Assembly: GCF_006345805.1 (NCBI RefSeq)
Contig: NC_043004.1
Span: 90,830,001 to 90,894,000, forward strand
Direction: 5' to 3'
Origin: Octopus sinensis
Taxonomy: Eukaryota
Length of the DNA: 64,000 nucleotides
The notes under the pieces are model-generated. The model searched no databases, was not told the origin of the DNA, and saw nothing but the letters and a program-made list of their open reading frames with translations. The translations under genes and the position numbers were made by a program. This document shows positions 63,913 through 64,000 of this stretch, piece by piece. Position 1 is the stretch's first letter, and every line of letters starts with the position of its first letter.

Positions 63913-64000
63913 TAGGTCTCTACAGACAGAGAGACAGAAAGACATACATACACAAAATTATACATGTAAATATTCAGGCACTGGGATATAGTAACACACT

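Overview
AT-rich, repeat-saturated animal DNA with a 100-N scaffold gap. It is most likely a cephalopod (Octopus-like) genome; this is inferred from the SINE/LINE families and microsatellite load, not confirmed by a search. There is one clear host gene: an intronless-CDS DIRAS1/2-like small GTPase at 62487-63083 (+). A candidate upstream exon at 26969-27102 would add an in-frame N-terminal extension, so much of the window may be DIRAS intron. The rest is decayed mobile DNA: RTE, CR1, Tx1, CRE-like and R4/Dong-like LINEs, three SINE families, a Gypsy LTR remnant with all terminal hallmarks, mariner, Helitrons and a piggyBac-type MITE. Best leads: (1) about eight unrelated type I hammerhead-ribozyme motifs between 7.9 and 21.9 kb, mostly in foldback or inverted-repeat cassettes in or beside (TA)n tracts, one with the compensatory U3-A8 core; (2) a 3-kb, 78-bp satellite that looks like an amplified half of the PHD finger found inside the local RTE reverse transcriptase; (3) an (AAT)n-targeted assemblage of Dong-like LINEs plus a 555-bp non-coding element. 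All alignments and folds were done by eye, so boundaries are approximate unless stated.
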